Origin: Pristiophorus japonicus
Taxonomy: Eukaryota
Length of the DNA stretch: 64,000 nt
Reading direction: 5' to 3'
Assembly: GCF_044704955.1 (NCBI RefSeq)
Contig: NC_091984.1
Span: forward strand, 78,430,001-78,494,000
Below, piece by piece: positions 49,780 to 61,992 of this stretch. Position 1 is the stretch's first letter; each line of letters starts with the position of its first letter. The notes beneath the pieces were generated by a model. The model was not told the DNA's origin. It was given only the letters and a program-made list of their open reading frames with translations, and made no database searches. Both the position numbers and the translations under genes were made by a program.

Positions 49780-52700
49780 GTGGAATTAAACTATAGACCC
49801 GGTGGGAACCTGTTCAACCTTCGTCGCCATCAGGCCAGATCCAAGACCGTCCCATCCTCTGTCGTCGAGCTATAGTATGCGGACGACGCTTGCGTCTGCT
49901 CACATTCAGAGGCTGAACTCCAAGACATAGTCAACATCTTCACTGAGGCGTACGAAAGCATGGGCCTTACACTAAACATCCATAAGACAAAGGTCCTCCA
50001 CCAACCTGACCCCGCCACACAGCACTGCCCCCCAGTCATCAAGATCCACGACACAGCCCTGGACAATGTGGACCACTTTCCATACCTCGGGAGCCTATTA
50101 TCAGCAAGGGTTGACATTGACGACGAGGTCCAACACCGCCTCCAGTGCACCAGCGCACCCTTCGGCCACCTGAGGAAGAGAGTGTACGAAGATCAGGCCC
50201 TCAAATCTGGCACCAAGCTTATGGTCTGCAGGGCTGTAGTGATACCCGCCCTCCTGTAAGGCTCAGAGACGTGGACCATATACAGTAGACACCTCAAATC
50301 GCTGGAGAAATACCACCAACATTGTCTCCGCAATATCCTGCAAATCCCCTGGAAGGACAGATGCACCAACATTAGTATTCTCGTTCAGGCCAACATCCCC
50401 AGCATCGAAGCACTGACCACACTTGATCAGCTCCCTTGGGCGGGTCACATTGTTCGCATGCCTGACACAAGACTCCCAAAGCAAGTGCTCTACTCAGAAC
50501 TCCTACAGGGCAAGCGAGCCCCAGGTGGGCAGAGGAAACGTTTCAAGGACACCCTCAAAGCCTCCTTGATAAAATGCAACATCCCCACCGACACCGAGGA
50601 GTCCCTGGCCAAAGACCGCCCAAGGTGGAGGAAGAGCATCTGGGAGGGCGCTGAGCACCTCGAGTCTCATCACCAAGAACATGCAGAAAACAAGCGCAGG
50701 GCAGCGGACAGAGCATGCAGCAAACCAGACTCCCCACCCACCCTTTCCTTCTATTGTGTATGTAGGCACCTTTGGTAATGACTCCACGAGGCAGTGATAT
50801 GGTACCTAAACTGTGAAGACTGTAGTCCTTTATTTGCAGCTCCACGAATGTGGACACCATGCTGTAAGCTTCCTTTTATACCGGGTTACCTGCAGTGTGC
50901 AGATAACCCTTAGATCTCCAGTAGCAGTACCCTCTGGTGTACAGGTAAGGTGTGTACAGTGTAAAGGTACATTCAGTGTTACAGACATCGTACAACAATG
51001 CATACATACATAACACCACTCCCCCCTAAGCATTTTTTAAATCCTTATTGTCATGACCTGGGGAAGTGATCAGAAGTGGGCTATGGGAGGTTGTGGTGAG
51101 GGTTGTGTGGGTGCCAAGTGTGATCCCTGTACTTGAGGCTGGCCTCATGTGTTTCCGCCCCCCCCCTCCTCACACACAGACCATGTGGGTATCACTGTTG
51201 TGGAATCCCTCAGTGAGGTAGCCATAGCAGCAGTGGGTAGGGTGCATACTCTGTGATGTGGGTAGTTGTGTGGTGGTGGGCAGGGCCACAGGACTGGGTG
51301 GGCTCCTTGTCCTCCAATTGGGATGAGAGTCTGGTCATCCCAGGGTTTGCCAGGGAAGCTGGAGGTATTGGCCTCTCGCTTCTGGTGTTGGCCCTGGTGG
51401 CCAGGTGGTGTAGGACTGGTCTGGGACAGGTTGCCAGTGGTGATGGCTGTGCTGCCCATTGACCACTGTCCCTGTAGTGGGTGTGCTCCCACTGGGTGTG
51501 TGTGGGCCCTTCCTGGGGCATCACATTTGTTCCAAAGGTCCAGGCTACAATGTCTGGTAGCCAGCTGGACCTGGAGGTCTCCCACAGGGGGATACCTCTA
51601 TCATTTGCATGGTCCCTGTAGAACCCAGTGTCCTTTAGCAGTGTCCTACCTGTATACATGACACCTTGGCCCTGATCACACATCGTCAATCCTATATTAT
51701 TGACTGCCTTTACATTATAAATTACAGCATTTGCATCACTTTTTGGTGTCATGGTCTCACTAGACATGGTTACATTAGGCATTTCAAACTCTCTGTCATA
51801 ATCATCAAACATAACAAGCTTGTTCTTAAACTTACTTAAACAAGCATTCATTTCATTTGTCACACTAGTTACACCAGCATCACAATTCATGGTTACATTA
51901 TCATACTTGCACCCTTTTGCTGCATCTTTAGCTTTAAAGTCCTTGTCATCATTAAGTTGAAACTGTCCCTTTACATTTTTTTGGTTACCGGTCTCCTTTA
52001 AGGGAGCTTTACAATCCGATTGGCCACTCGGTGCCACGTGCCGCTCCTGCAACGCTGCCCCTCCTGGTCTGGCCACGGCCATTTTGATTGCAGGTTCTTC
52101 TCCTTGTGGTGCAGCCATCATCTTCTGGCTCTCCTCCAAGTAGGCTGTGGTGGTCATTTCTTCCTCAGGTTCGACCATGGGCGTCGGGAATCCACTTCTT
52201 TCGATGATGTTCGCCTCATAGAGTCCTGCCCCGGCCCGGAAGGTGGAGTTTGGGTTTTCGGTTCTCGAGCTTTCACCACGATGTTGTGGAGTCGTCGCCG
52301 CGCAGTCGAGCTGGACGGTGGAATCTCTGGATGCAGCGATGGATCCAGGTTTGATGTAGATTGCTGGATGTTTGCTTGGGCAGGATGCAGATTTGGTCAA
52401 TTGGCGGGATTTATCCAAATTATTTCAAAGGTCATTTGGCTCAACAGAGACTGGCTCGCCCCTGTATCGATCTCCATAGCAACTGGGACCCCGTCGATGT
52501 CTACTTCCATCGTCCACGGGGAACTTTCGGTGGAGCACGTATAAATTCCATACTCTTCTTCCAGGTGTTGAGCAGCTTCACCTTCATCTGTGTCGGACTC
52601 CCGGTGATGAGCCAACTCTTAAGAAACGCGGTCAGTAAAGCTTTTTCTGCACATTCTATGAAGGTGCCCTTTCTCTTTGCAGTCTTTGCATGTATAGTCT

Positions 52701-53784
52701 TTGTAGCGGCACTGGTGGGCACTGTGGTTTCCTCCACAGCGTCAGCATGGGGCCATCCAGTTTGCCCCATGTGACAGACTCAGGGTTGCGGGACTCGGGG
52801 CAGCATTTCTGCCTTTAGAAGTATCCATGCGGTGCACTGCATTCGCCAGTTTAGAGTCTTGGGTCAGTATTCGCCTGGAGTCACCGGCCGAAACCATGTA
52901 AGCCTGGCTCACTTGAATTGCTTTCTGCAGGATGTCTGCAGATAGCAATTAGTGTAGGAGACCTTCGTGGCCGATTCTGATGACAAATATGTCCCTTAGT
53001 GCTTCATTTAGGTGGTCGCCAAAGTCACACGGTGCAGCCAGTCTCCTTATGTGTGCAGCATACTTAGCAATTTCTTGGCCTTCGAGTTGCTGGCTGTGAG
53101 GATGCTTTCTTTTGGTTTTAGTTGCTTCTGTATAAGTGTTACAAGTTCGTCATAGATCTTGGTGGTTGTCTTCTCCGGGGCTAGCAAGTCCCTGACGAGA
53201 CAATGGATGGTGGGCCCACAACTGCTAAGCAGGATGGCCCTGCGCTTGTTCGGTCGTGTAGCCGATGTGCCCCCATCCAGGTCGTTGGCTATGAAGAAAT
53301 GTTCCAATCTTTCTACAAAAGTATCCCAATCTTCCCCATCGGTAAATTGCTGAAAGGTGCTAAGATTCGACATGCTGAGCGTGTAGTTCGTGACCTCGTC
53401 ACCAGTTGTTGTGTATTAGGCATCTTTAGTAATGACTCCATGAGGCAGGGTGTGGTACCTAAACTGTGTAAACTGTAGTACTTTATTTGCAGCTCCACAA
53501 GTAAGGACACTAAGCTGTGAGCTCCCTTTTAACTGGGTTACCTGCAGTGTGCAGGTAACCCTTAGGTCTTCAGCAGCAGCACCCTCTGGTGTACAGGTAA
53601 GGTGTGTACAGTGTAAAGGTACATTCAGTGTTACAGACATCATATAACAATACAAGCAATACATAACACCTTCAACGACTGTCTATCCCACCTGTGACTG
53701 TTTTGGACTGTTCAGTCACCTAAGAACTCACTTTTAGAGTGGAAGCAAGTCCTCCTCGATTTCGAGGGACTGCCTATGATGATG
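49780..53784 (+). mobile_element. RTE-clade LINE 3' part, split by LTR element E
   Basis: YADDAC, GLTLNIHKTKVL, FPYLGS, RMPDTRLPKQVLYSEL; (ATG)n tail at ~53776; AGCTGGA on both flanks. Confidence 0.9.
50752..53668 (-). mobile_element. Non-autonomous LTR element E (gag, partial protease, unknown ORF), relative of B
   Basis: LTRs 50752-51015 and 53407-53668; TSD CCTTC; PBS TGGTGACGAG; PPT; gag MSNLSTFQQFTDGEDW; EIDTG; 402-aa ORF 51210-52418. Confidence 0.93.
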
Positions 53785-55698
53785 CAGCTGGACACCAGCA
53801 GAGGTCATATCAAGGTCCCACCCAAAGAAATGAAGAAACGCTGGAACCAAGTTGCAGAAGATTACTGCGCAGTGGTGACCACCCCGAGGTCTGGAAGCCA
53901 GTGTAAAAAGAAATGGCAGGACCTTGGTCAAGTAGTTAGTGTAAGTAATATTTTCATTGATTCAATGGAATTGCAATTGCAATTGTAAATGTGACCAGCT
54001 ATATATGTCCCACCCAGCAGAAAGACACCCTCTCTAAAAAGTTGCATTTTCATCTTTATAGATGAAGGCGGCACATAATAAAAAGGAAAGAACTCGAACA
54101 GGAGGAGGCCTGGCAAATCTGCACCCACTGACACCCTTGGAAGAGAGGGTCGCTGCTTTGATGGGTCCTGACTGGAAAAAGGCAATCAGTACTGCACAAG
54201 CTAGGCCCACATTCAATGGGGAGGTAAGTTCTGCTAATTCATCGTGGCCCTTCAAATCAACCCGCTGCCTGGCCTGCAATTGTGAGCCTACTCATGCCAC
54301 CCATCCTGCCCCCTTCTCTGCTGTTAACCATTTGACTGTTCTGTTATATTTTGCATAACTTGAGGCCAACCCCGATGATGCAGAAGAAGATTCTGATGTG
54401 GATGAGTCTGAAGAGGAGAACATCTTCCAATCCAACCGTCCAGGCCAAGAACATGGGGGGGAAGGGAAGGGGGAGGAGATGGAGCTGGATGAAGCTCCCA
54501 CTGTTGTACTGACTTTGGAGGAGGTGCCGCTCATGGATGTAACAGCCCCTTCCGTAACTAGTGGTTTGAGTGTCGGCGGGACATTCCATGGTTTCACACC
54601 TTCCGAGGCTACGGGTCCCAGTGGAGTGGTGCAGCGAGGCACACCCAGAGCCCTACCATCCCAGACTGCGGGTCCCAGTGGTGGGCTGTGAGCCAGACCC
54701 ATGGGAAGGAGGGGAAGGAGAGCTCGATCGCGCTCTCCTGAACTGCAGGATCTAACAGATGTGGTTCAGATGATGTCATTGATTGCGCAGAGCATTGACC
54801 TTACCCGATCACTCCTGGATGCCATCAGTGGAGTGAGTGATAAGGTAGTGGGACTGTCGGGAGAAGTAACAGCAATGACATGAGAAATGGGAACGATAAC
54901 CGGGACCATCAGTGAGGGAATAGTGGCCATGAGGGAGGGAATGTCAGAGGTAGTGCAAACCACGTCACTGACCATGAGGGAGGGAATGTTGCAGGTAGTT
55001 CAGACAGTTTTGCTCAACATGAGGGAGGGAATGTTGCAGGTCATTGAGACACTGTCAGGGTGCATGAGGGACGCTATGTTGGAGTTAGCTGCTGCAATAA
55101 GGGAACACGCCCAGACCCTGCGCCCATTGACAGAATCAACTGTCACTCACACTCCAATCCCCACACCAGCCTCTGAAGAGCCAAAGCCGGGCCCTCTAAC
55201 TTGCCACCTGACGCTGACGCCCCCCACCCTCAAGAGGTGCGGAGTACCCGAGATGTTAGAAGGAATAAGTTTGGTACCAAGCCCAAAAACACTGCATCAC
55301 TGCCTGTGGGCAGTGGTGGTGGAGAGTCGAAGACCAAGCGCAGCGGGTGGTCTTAGACTGAGGGGGATGAGAGATGGGTGCAGCTTTCTTTGCTGCTGTT
55401 GTTGTTGTTTTTATTATTGTTACTGTTGTAACTGTTCTCAAATAAAACGTTTTTTGTAAGTTATGTAAATTTACAAGTTTATAAGTGATCTTAAAGTTTT
55501 TACGTGATCTTAAAGAATGATATTACAGTAAAGTTTGATACAAGAATAATTTTATTAAAGTTAAGTTAAGTACATTGTAAACTTTTGAATAAAATATATT
55601 TTACATTAGAACTGAACATGTTCCATTAACACAACACAACATTATGGAACAGCTCCAAACAGTAAACATGTCCATGTGGAATAGTTGTCGCTGAGCCC

Positions 55699-56889
55699 TC
55701 AGGCATCAGTAAAGCGTTCACGGATCAGCTGCTGGCGCAAGGCTCGAGCAATCGTTAAAGGAGCACGATGGCCCGCCCTCCTCCACCGTCGTGCTCCAGC
55801 CTCAGGCACTTGCATGGCTTCCTCATCCTCGTCATCCTCCTCCTCCTGTTCGTCACCCGCATCTTCCACATCATTATCATCAGCCACTCTCACCGCAGGT
55901 GGATCTTCCACTACCAGATGCTGCTGCCTCATGTTATGCAGCACGTAGCACACAACAGCGAACTGACCGACAATCTCAGAGGAGTAGAGCAAGCAGCCTC
56001 CGGAATTGTCCAGGCATCGGAAACGCTGATTCAATATGCTAATGGTCCTCTCAATGATGCTGTGCGACATGTTGTCTTGATGGTCAACTTCCATCCGGGT
56101 TACACGTAGGGGTGTCATGAGCCAGGTGGCAAGGCCGTATCCTTTGTCTCCCAGTAGCCAGCTGTGCCCTTCTGGCTGCTGCTGAAACATGGCAGATATA
56201 ATACTGTCGCGTAAGATGAATGCATCATGGGTGCTGCCAGGGTATCTTGCATCGACTGACATGATATGTTGTATGTCATCACACATGAGCTGCACATTAA
56301 TGGAGTGGAAGCCTTTTCTCTTCCTGTACATCTCGGAATCTTTCAAAGGTGCTCGCAACGCAATGTGGGTACAATCAATGTAGCCGTGTACCTTTGGAAA
56401 GTCAGCAATCCTTGAGAAGCCCACATCTCTGTCATGGATTGCTTGGGCGGTTATGGGGAACTTTATGAAGCCATTCCCACGCGTGTACAATGCAGCCGTG
56501 ACCTGGCGACTGGAGACATGTGTTGCATGTTGAGAGATGGCACATACATCCCCTGTTGTGTCTTGAAATGATGCGGAGGCATAGAATGAAAGTGCAGCTG
56601 TAACTTTCACTTCAACTGACAAAACAGGCTTCTAGGTTGCAGGTCTGCTTTGACCAACTCACAAATCTCACTTACAACTTCTTTGCGGAAACACAGCCTT
56701 CTGACACAGTCTGCATCACTCAGGTGGAGGTACAAACGCCTGTCTTGACGAGGTGGGTAAGACTTCCTGCCCAGCATCCTATGGGCTCTGATGTTCCTGA
56801 TGCAATGAGGTTGAATCAATTGTCTCCTATGTAGCATCATGATGCAGAAGGCTCGCACAAGGTAAGGCATTGTCAGTATTGCCCCCATA
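55699..56889 (-). pseudogene. Harbinger (HARBI1-like) DDE transposase
   Basis: GYIDCTHI, RKGFHSINVQ, ARYPGSTHDAFI, LGDKGY, IIERTI, CYVLHN; frameshift near 56620. Confidence 0.92.
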
Positions 56890-56959
56890 CTTACATTTAA
56901 CCTTTGAAAGAAGCTCAAAATGGCAGGAAAGCAGGCAGCACAAGTTCACATTTGTTTCT

Positions 56960-59777
56960 TGTAAAGTCTTGTCCCCTCAGTACAGATTCACACGAGGCAT
57001 GTAGTGAAGTCAAGGTCACTCTGGACCTGCACCTTTATTTCACAGCTCTGGAATGCTGCACTTGCCTGAGACCTCTCCTTATATACCTGTCTCTTGCAAG
57101 TGCACCCCTGGTGGTAAGGTATGCTGGTGATTACAGGTCATATCTTATTACAGTCATGTATAGTATGTTAGAATACAGTTATATATAATAATGTAAGATA
57201 CATGACATCACCCTCCCCCAAGGTCTTATTGTCTTTATAGGTTCAGTCTCTCAGATGGTCTACGCTCTCGCATGGAGCGTCTGAGTTGTGGTTCAGTTGT
57301 TTGCCTTGGTGTCTGTTTTTCTTTGGGTGTGGTTGCTGGTATCTCGCCTGGACTGTCTGTTTCGATTGGTGTGATTGTTGTTGACTCGCCTGGGCTGTCT
57401 GTTGGGATTGCCCTTTCCTCAGGTTGTTCCCTCTGTCTGTCCATCAGGTGTGGTGCGAGTTCCACATTGTAGTCTGCCTCTGGTTCTGCAGTGTTGTTGG
57501 TAAATCTGCTTTTGACTTCGTCTACATGCCTCCGGCAGGTTTTGCCATTGTCCATTTGTACTACCAGTAGCCTGTTTCCTTCCTTGCCCGTTACTGTCCC
57601 TGCAAGCCATTTGGGACCCCTGGCATAGTTTAGTACAAACACTTTTGTCCCCTATCTCATTCCATCTCCCCCTCGAATTTCTGTCATGGTACTCAGTCAG
57701 CTTATGGCGCTTTGCCTCAATGTTTTCGTGCATGTCTGGGAGGATTAATGAGAGCCTTGTTTTTAAAGTCCTTTTCATCAACAGTTGCGTGGGGGGGTTC
57801 CCAGCCAATGAGTGCGGACGAGATCTGTATGCCAGCAGCAGTCGTGACAGGCGACCCTGCAGCATGGGACCTTGGATTTTAAGCATGCCTTGTTTAATGA
57901 TTTGCACTGCTCTCTCCGCCTGGCCGTTGGAGGCCGGCTTGAACGGTGCCGTCTTGACGTGATTTATGCCGTGGTCAATTATAAAGTCTTAGAATTCTGC
58001 GCTGGTGAAGCACGGACCATTGTCACTGACCAATATGTCAGGGATTCCGTGCGTTGCAAACATGGTTGCGAAGCTCTCCACAGTGGTGGAGGTTGTGCTC
58101 GAGTTTAAAATGGTGCATTCGATCCACTTTGAAAATCCATCTACAACTACAAGGAACATTTTGCCCATGAATGGGCCCGCATAGTCTACGTGCACCCGCG
58201 ACCACGGTTTAGTAGGCCAGGGCCAGGGGCTCAGTGGAGCTTCCCTGGGGGCATTGCTGAGTTGGGCACAAATGGTGCACCTTCAGACGCAGAGCTCCAA
58301 GTCCGCGTCAATACCAGGCCACCAGACGTGGGATCTGGCTATGGCCTTCATGAGAACGATCCCCGGGTGCTCACGGTGGAGCTCCCGGACAAATGCCTCT
58401 CTGCCTCACAGAGGCATGACTACTCGGCTGCCCCACATCAGGCAGTCTGCTTGTAGTGATAGCTCATGCATGCGCCTGTCAAAGGGTTTTAATTCCTCGG
58501 GGCAGGCATCGCGAGCCTCTGCCCAGCCACCGGTTAGGACACATCTTTTTACTAAGGATAACGTGGGGTCGCTGGCCGTCCAGGCTCTGATTTGGCGAGC
58601 CATCATGGGCGAACCTGTGGACTCAAAAGCATTGATTGCCATGACTATCTCACAGTCCTGTTCGTCAGACCCTTCCGTGGTTGCCAGGGGTAGCCTGCTG
58701 AGCACGTCGGCACAGTTGTCTGTGCCTGGTCTGCACCTTATGGTATAGTCGTCAGACGCCAGCATGAGTGCCCACCGTTGAATTCGCGCTGAGGTGTTGG
58801 CGGTTATTGCCTTGCTCTCGAATAGGAGGGACGTGAGGGGCTTGTGGTCGGTTTCTAACGTGAACTTGGCCCCAAAAAGGTATTGGTGCATCTTTTTGAC
58901 ACCGTACACGCACTCGAGCGCCTCCTTCTCTACCATTCCGTACATGCGCTCTGCCCGCGAAAGTGACCTGCATTGTAAATCAACCTCGTTTCTTCTTCCC
59001 CTACCAAGAATGTCTGTGCAACCAGTGCTGCTGCCTCTAAGGTCAGGTTCTTGGTCTCTATGAGCTTTCGGAATATGCCTGCGTGGCCTATTCCTTCAAT
59101 GAAAAAGTCTCTCAGCATTTCTCTCCTCAGTTCATTGGAGAACTCTCATAAACTTGCTAACCTCCGAAGTTCCGCCACGAAGTCGGGTATGCTCTGGCCC
59201 ACACAGCGTCTGTAGTTGTAGAACCAGTGTCTAGCCATATGTAGGCTGCTCGCTGGCTTCAGGTGGTCTCTTACCAGTGTGCTTAATTCTTCAAACGACT
59301 TGCTTGCTGGTTTCTCGAGTGCCAACAGATCCTTCATTAAAGCGTATGTTTTCGAGCCACAGCTGGTCAAGAGATAGGCTCTTCTCTTGTCTGCCTTATC
59401 GTCGCCTAACCAGTCTTTGGTTACAAAGCTTTGCTGGAGCCTTTCTATAAAGTCCTCGCAATTGTCTCCCGCATTGTACTTTTCATCTGATCCGTTGTTC
59501 GCCATTCTGTGGATTCTGTAATCCTGTAACTCGTCGCCACTGTAAAGTCCTGTCCCCTCAGTACAGATTCACATGAGGCATGTAGTGAAGTCAAGGTCTC
59601 TCTGGACCTGCACCTTTATTTCACAGCTCTGGAATGCTGCACTTGCCTGAGACCTCTCCTTATATACCTGTCTCTTGCAAGTGCACCCCTGGTGGTAAGG
59701 TATGCTGGTGGTTACAGGTCATATCTTATTACAGTCATGTATAGCATGTTAGGATACAGTTATATGTAATAATGTAA
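56960..59777 (-). mobile_element. Ty3/Gypsy LTR element F, internally deleted (gag joined to RNaseH/integrase)
   Basis: LTRs 56960-57207 and 59541-~59777 (outer end clipped, no clean TSD); PBS TGGCGACGAG; PPT; no PR/RT. Confidence 0.92.
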
Positions 59778-60973
59778 TATCTCTCCAGGTCTGTATGGAT
59801 GGACCACACTTAAAGGTCTTGTGACTTCTCCTCTCTCTCCGCACCCCCCCCCTCCCCCCCTTGAGTCTTCTCTCCCTCCCTCCCCATCCCCGGGCTCCAA
59901 GCCTTCCGATCGGCACCTCACTCTCTCTCTCTCCTCCCCTCCTCCCCCCCCCCCACAACCATGGCTTGTTTTGTAGCCGAACCCCGAGTCCCTGTGTCCG
60001 GGCTCGAGGCCGATTCTGCCGGCCAAACATACGACTCTCCAGCCCTGCTTCAAGACGTTTGCTGGTGGCGTGTGAGTGAGTAAAAAAAATGAGAAAATTT
60101 CTGAAATCCAACAAATTTACATTCTACGTTGACAGGTTAAAAAAAAGTTGAACTTTATTATTGATTTTGACAGTGTTCTTGACTCCATCCAAAATCTTCG
60201 ATTTAAAAACAATGGCGTCTTTCAGCGCAGATTTGTGAATGTGCGCTGGTTTTCTTAATTCACCAGAAGGTTTTTCGTGAGTGGCTAGATATGCCGACCT
60301 AAGAGAAAAAAATGTTGGCCAAACTGCGAACAATTGAAAAAATCAGCGCAGAAATGAGGGAACGCCCCCCTATGACGTCATAAAAAACTGCCCTTGAAAA
60401 ATTGTAACAAAGTCAATTATGCCGGCGCAGATCGCAGGAGAAACTTGGAAAAAAATTAATACGCCAGAAAAAACGACGCGCGCCAATAAAATGGCGCAAA
60501 TGTCCGGGGAAAATTGAGCCCATAATCTTTAACTGTGCAGAAAAAACTATCTATACAGGATTGATCGTCCAAAGCATTTATTATCATAATATGGGTGTAG
60601 GAGGATTTCAATGGAAATAATGGGAACAGTTGGGGGAGGATATAAATGGGCTTTGTTGAACAATGACAACTTGTTTCACTGGTAGATACATTGAGTTCTT
60701 TAAAGGTTATGACCATCTATGGTTTTAAGCTATCACTGGTAGATAAAATGTAACTCTTTTTCTCCTGGTCTTCATTTCGATTTGAATAAATAATGATACT
60801 TTGGAAATTCATGAAGCTGGTTATCTGAACTATGTGGTTGCATAGGATATTACTTTTGTACTACTGCCATACAAGCTCTATGCTATGTAATTATTTTATC
60901 TACAGTGATGTCGCCATCCTTTAAAGTGACCTTGGTGATTCTTATCTGTTTATGCAGTTTTAGGCCAGTTATA

Positions 60974-61031
60974 CTATGCAGTTTGTGTTGATATAAAGTA
61001 CTTTGGTTTTATATCAACACAAACTGTGTAG
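60974..61031 (+). other. Isolated hairpin: 19-bp perfect stem, 10-nt loop, extendable by G-U pairs
   Basis: CAGTTTGTGTTGATATAAA-gtactttggt-TTTATATCAACACAAACTG. Confidence 0.8.
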
Positions 61032-61992
61032 CAATATTCAGATGCAAAGTCTACTGAATTGAGTTCAGGCCAGCCACCTCTTTGGCTTTGCAACCAATGC
61101 AAATCAAAGTTTAAAATGTTCTTGGTTATTCCACTGGAATCAGTGGGAACTTCTTAATGTTCAATTTTGATTCTTTTTAATGTTAGTAGAGTGCTGACTA
61201 TCCCATTGGCTCTTTGTTAGCACCATAATTTAACCAGAACTTGAATGTCAGTAAACAGAGTACTACACATACAAGTAAACAAAGACTGCACACAACTCCA
61301 TATTCTCTGGCCAGAGAAAGACATGCAGCCAGCAACGTAATTTGGTTCTTCCGACAGTTGCATTGCTTTCGAAAGCGAGTAGTCTCAAACCAGTAATTGG
61401 TGAACCTTCAATTTAAAAGTTAATTAAAAAAAACTGTACACTAGCTGCAGTTAGAGTGGGTAGAATTTTAACTGGCAAGAACGAGTGTGTTGGGGTCAGG
61501 TGCATACTTAAAATCGGAGTCAAATGAAATGCAGCCATAACCCAGTTCCATTGAGCCGACTTCTGAGTTTAACGGAGGCTTGTTTAGATGTATACAAGTA
61601 ACCTGCTCACTGGAGACAGCACGATCATTAGTACAGGTGTTTGGGCATTTAATCATTTAACATGCAATTACATGCAAATGAGGATCTTTTAAAATGAATT
61701 TAACTTTCCTTTGGATTTAATGCCACCAGCATGGGTTTCCTGGGGTTTGGGAAACATGTCAGTGAAAAGGATCCAAGTGTGAGCTGCACTGCATGGGGGT
61801 CTTTAACATTCAGATCTCAATAAAGGCTCAGTTCTTACAGTTGCTTTGCCAGCTCTATCTGGCAAACGTTTAGCAGAGAATTCGTGTCAGCATCGAGGTT
61901 TTGGAGAAGTCTGGAGGCTATCAAACAGATGCCAGCAGGATGGGAGGCGCTCTGGATGTTTTTGACACTACATTAGAAGAGGAATAGAATCA

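Larger units (their letters stand above)
49459..55360 (+). pseudogene. Harbinger Myb/SANT gene, exon 1 split by CR1, RTE and LTR insertions
   Basis: ARTKNFFQEEVEALVTVIENR (~49470-49534), resuming LDTSRG...RWNQVAE...QCKKKWQDL then GTAAGT (53785-53940); exon 2 KAAHNKKERTRTGGG (54062-54223); acidic exon 3. Confidence 0.85.
49098..60521. mobile_element. Formerly autonomous PIF/Harbinger transposon (convergent Myb and HARBI1 genes) with four nested insertions
   Basis: Perfect TIR GGGCTCAATTTTCCCC and GGGGAAAATTGAGCCC; TSD ATA. Confidence 0.93.

Noticed and set aside
51210-52418. ORFX as a retroviral env
   Set aside because: No visible signal peptide, furin/fusion peptide arrangement or transmembrane segment, and it replaces pol rather than following it
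55699-56889. Domesticated host HARBI1 gene
   Set aside because: Lies within TIRs and a TSD beside a Myb partner, and is frameshifted
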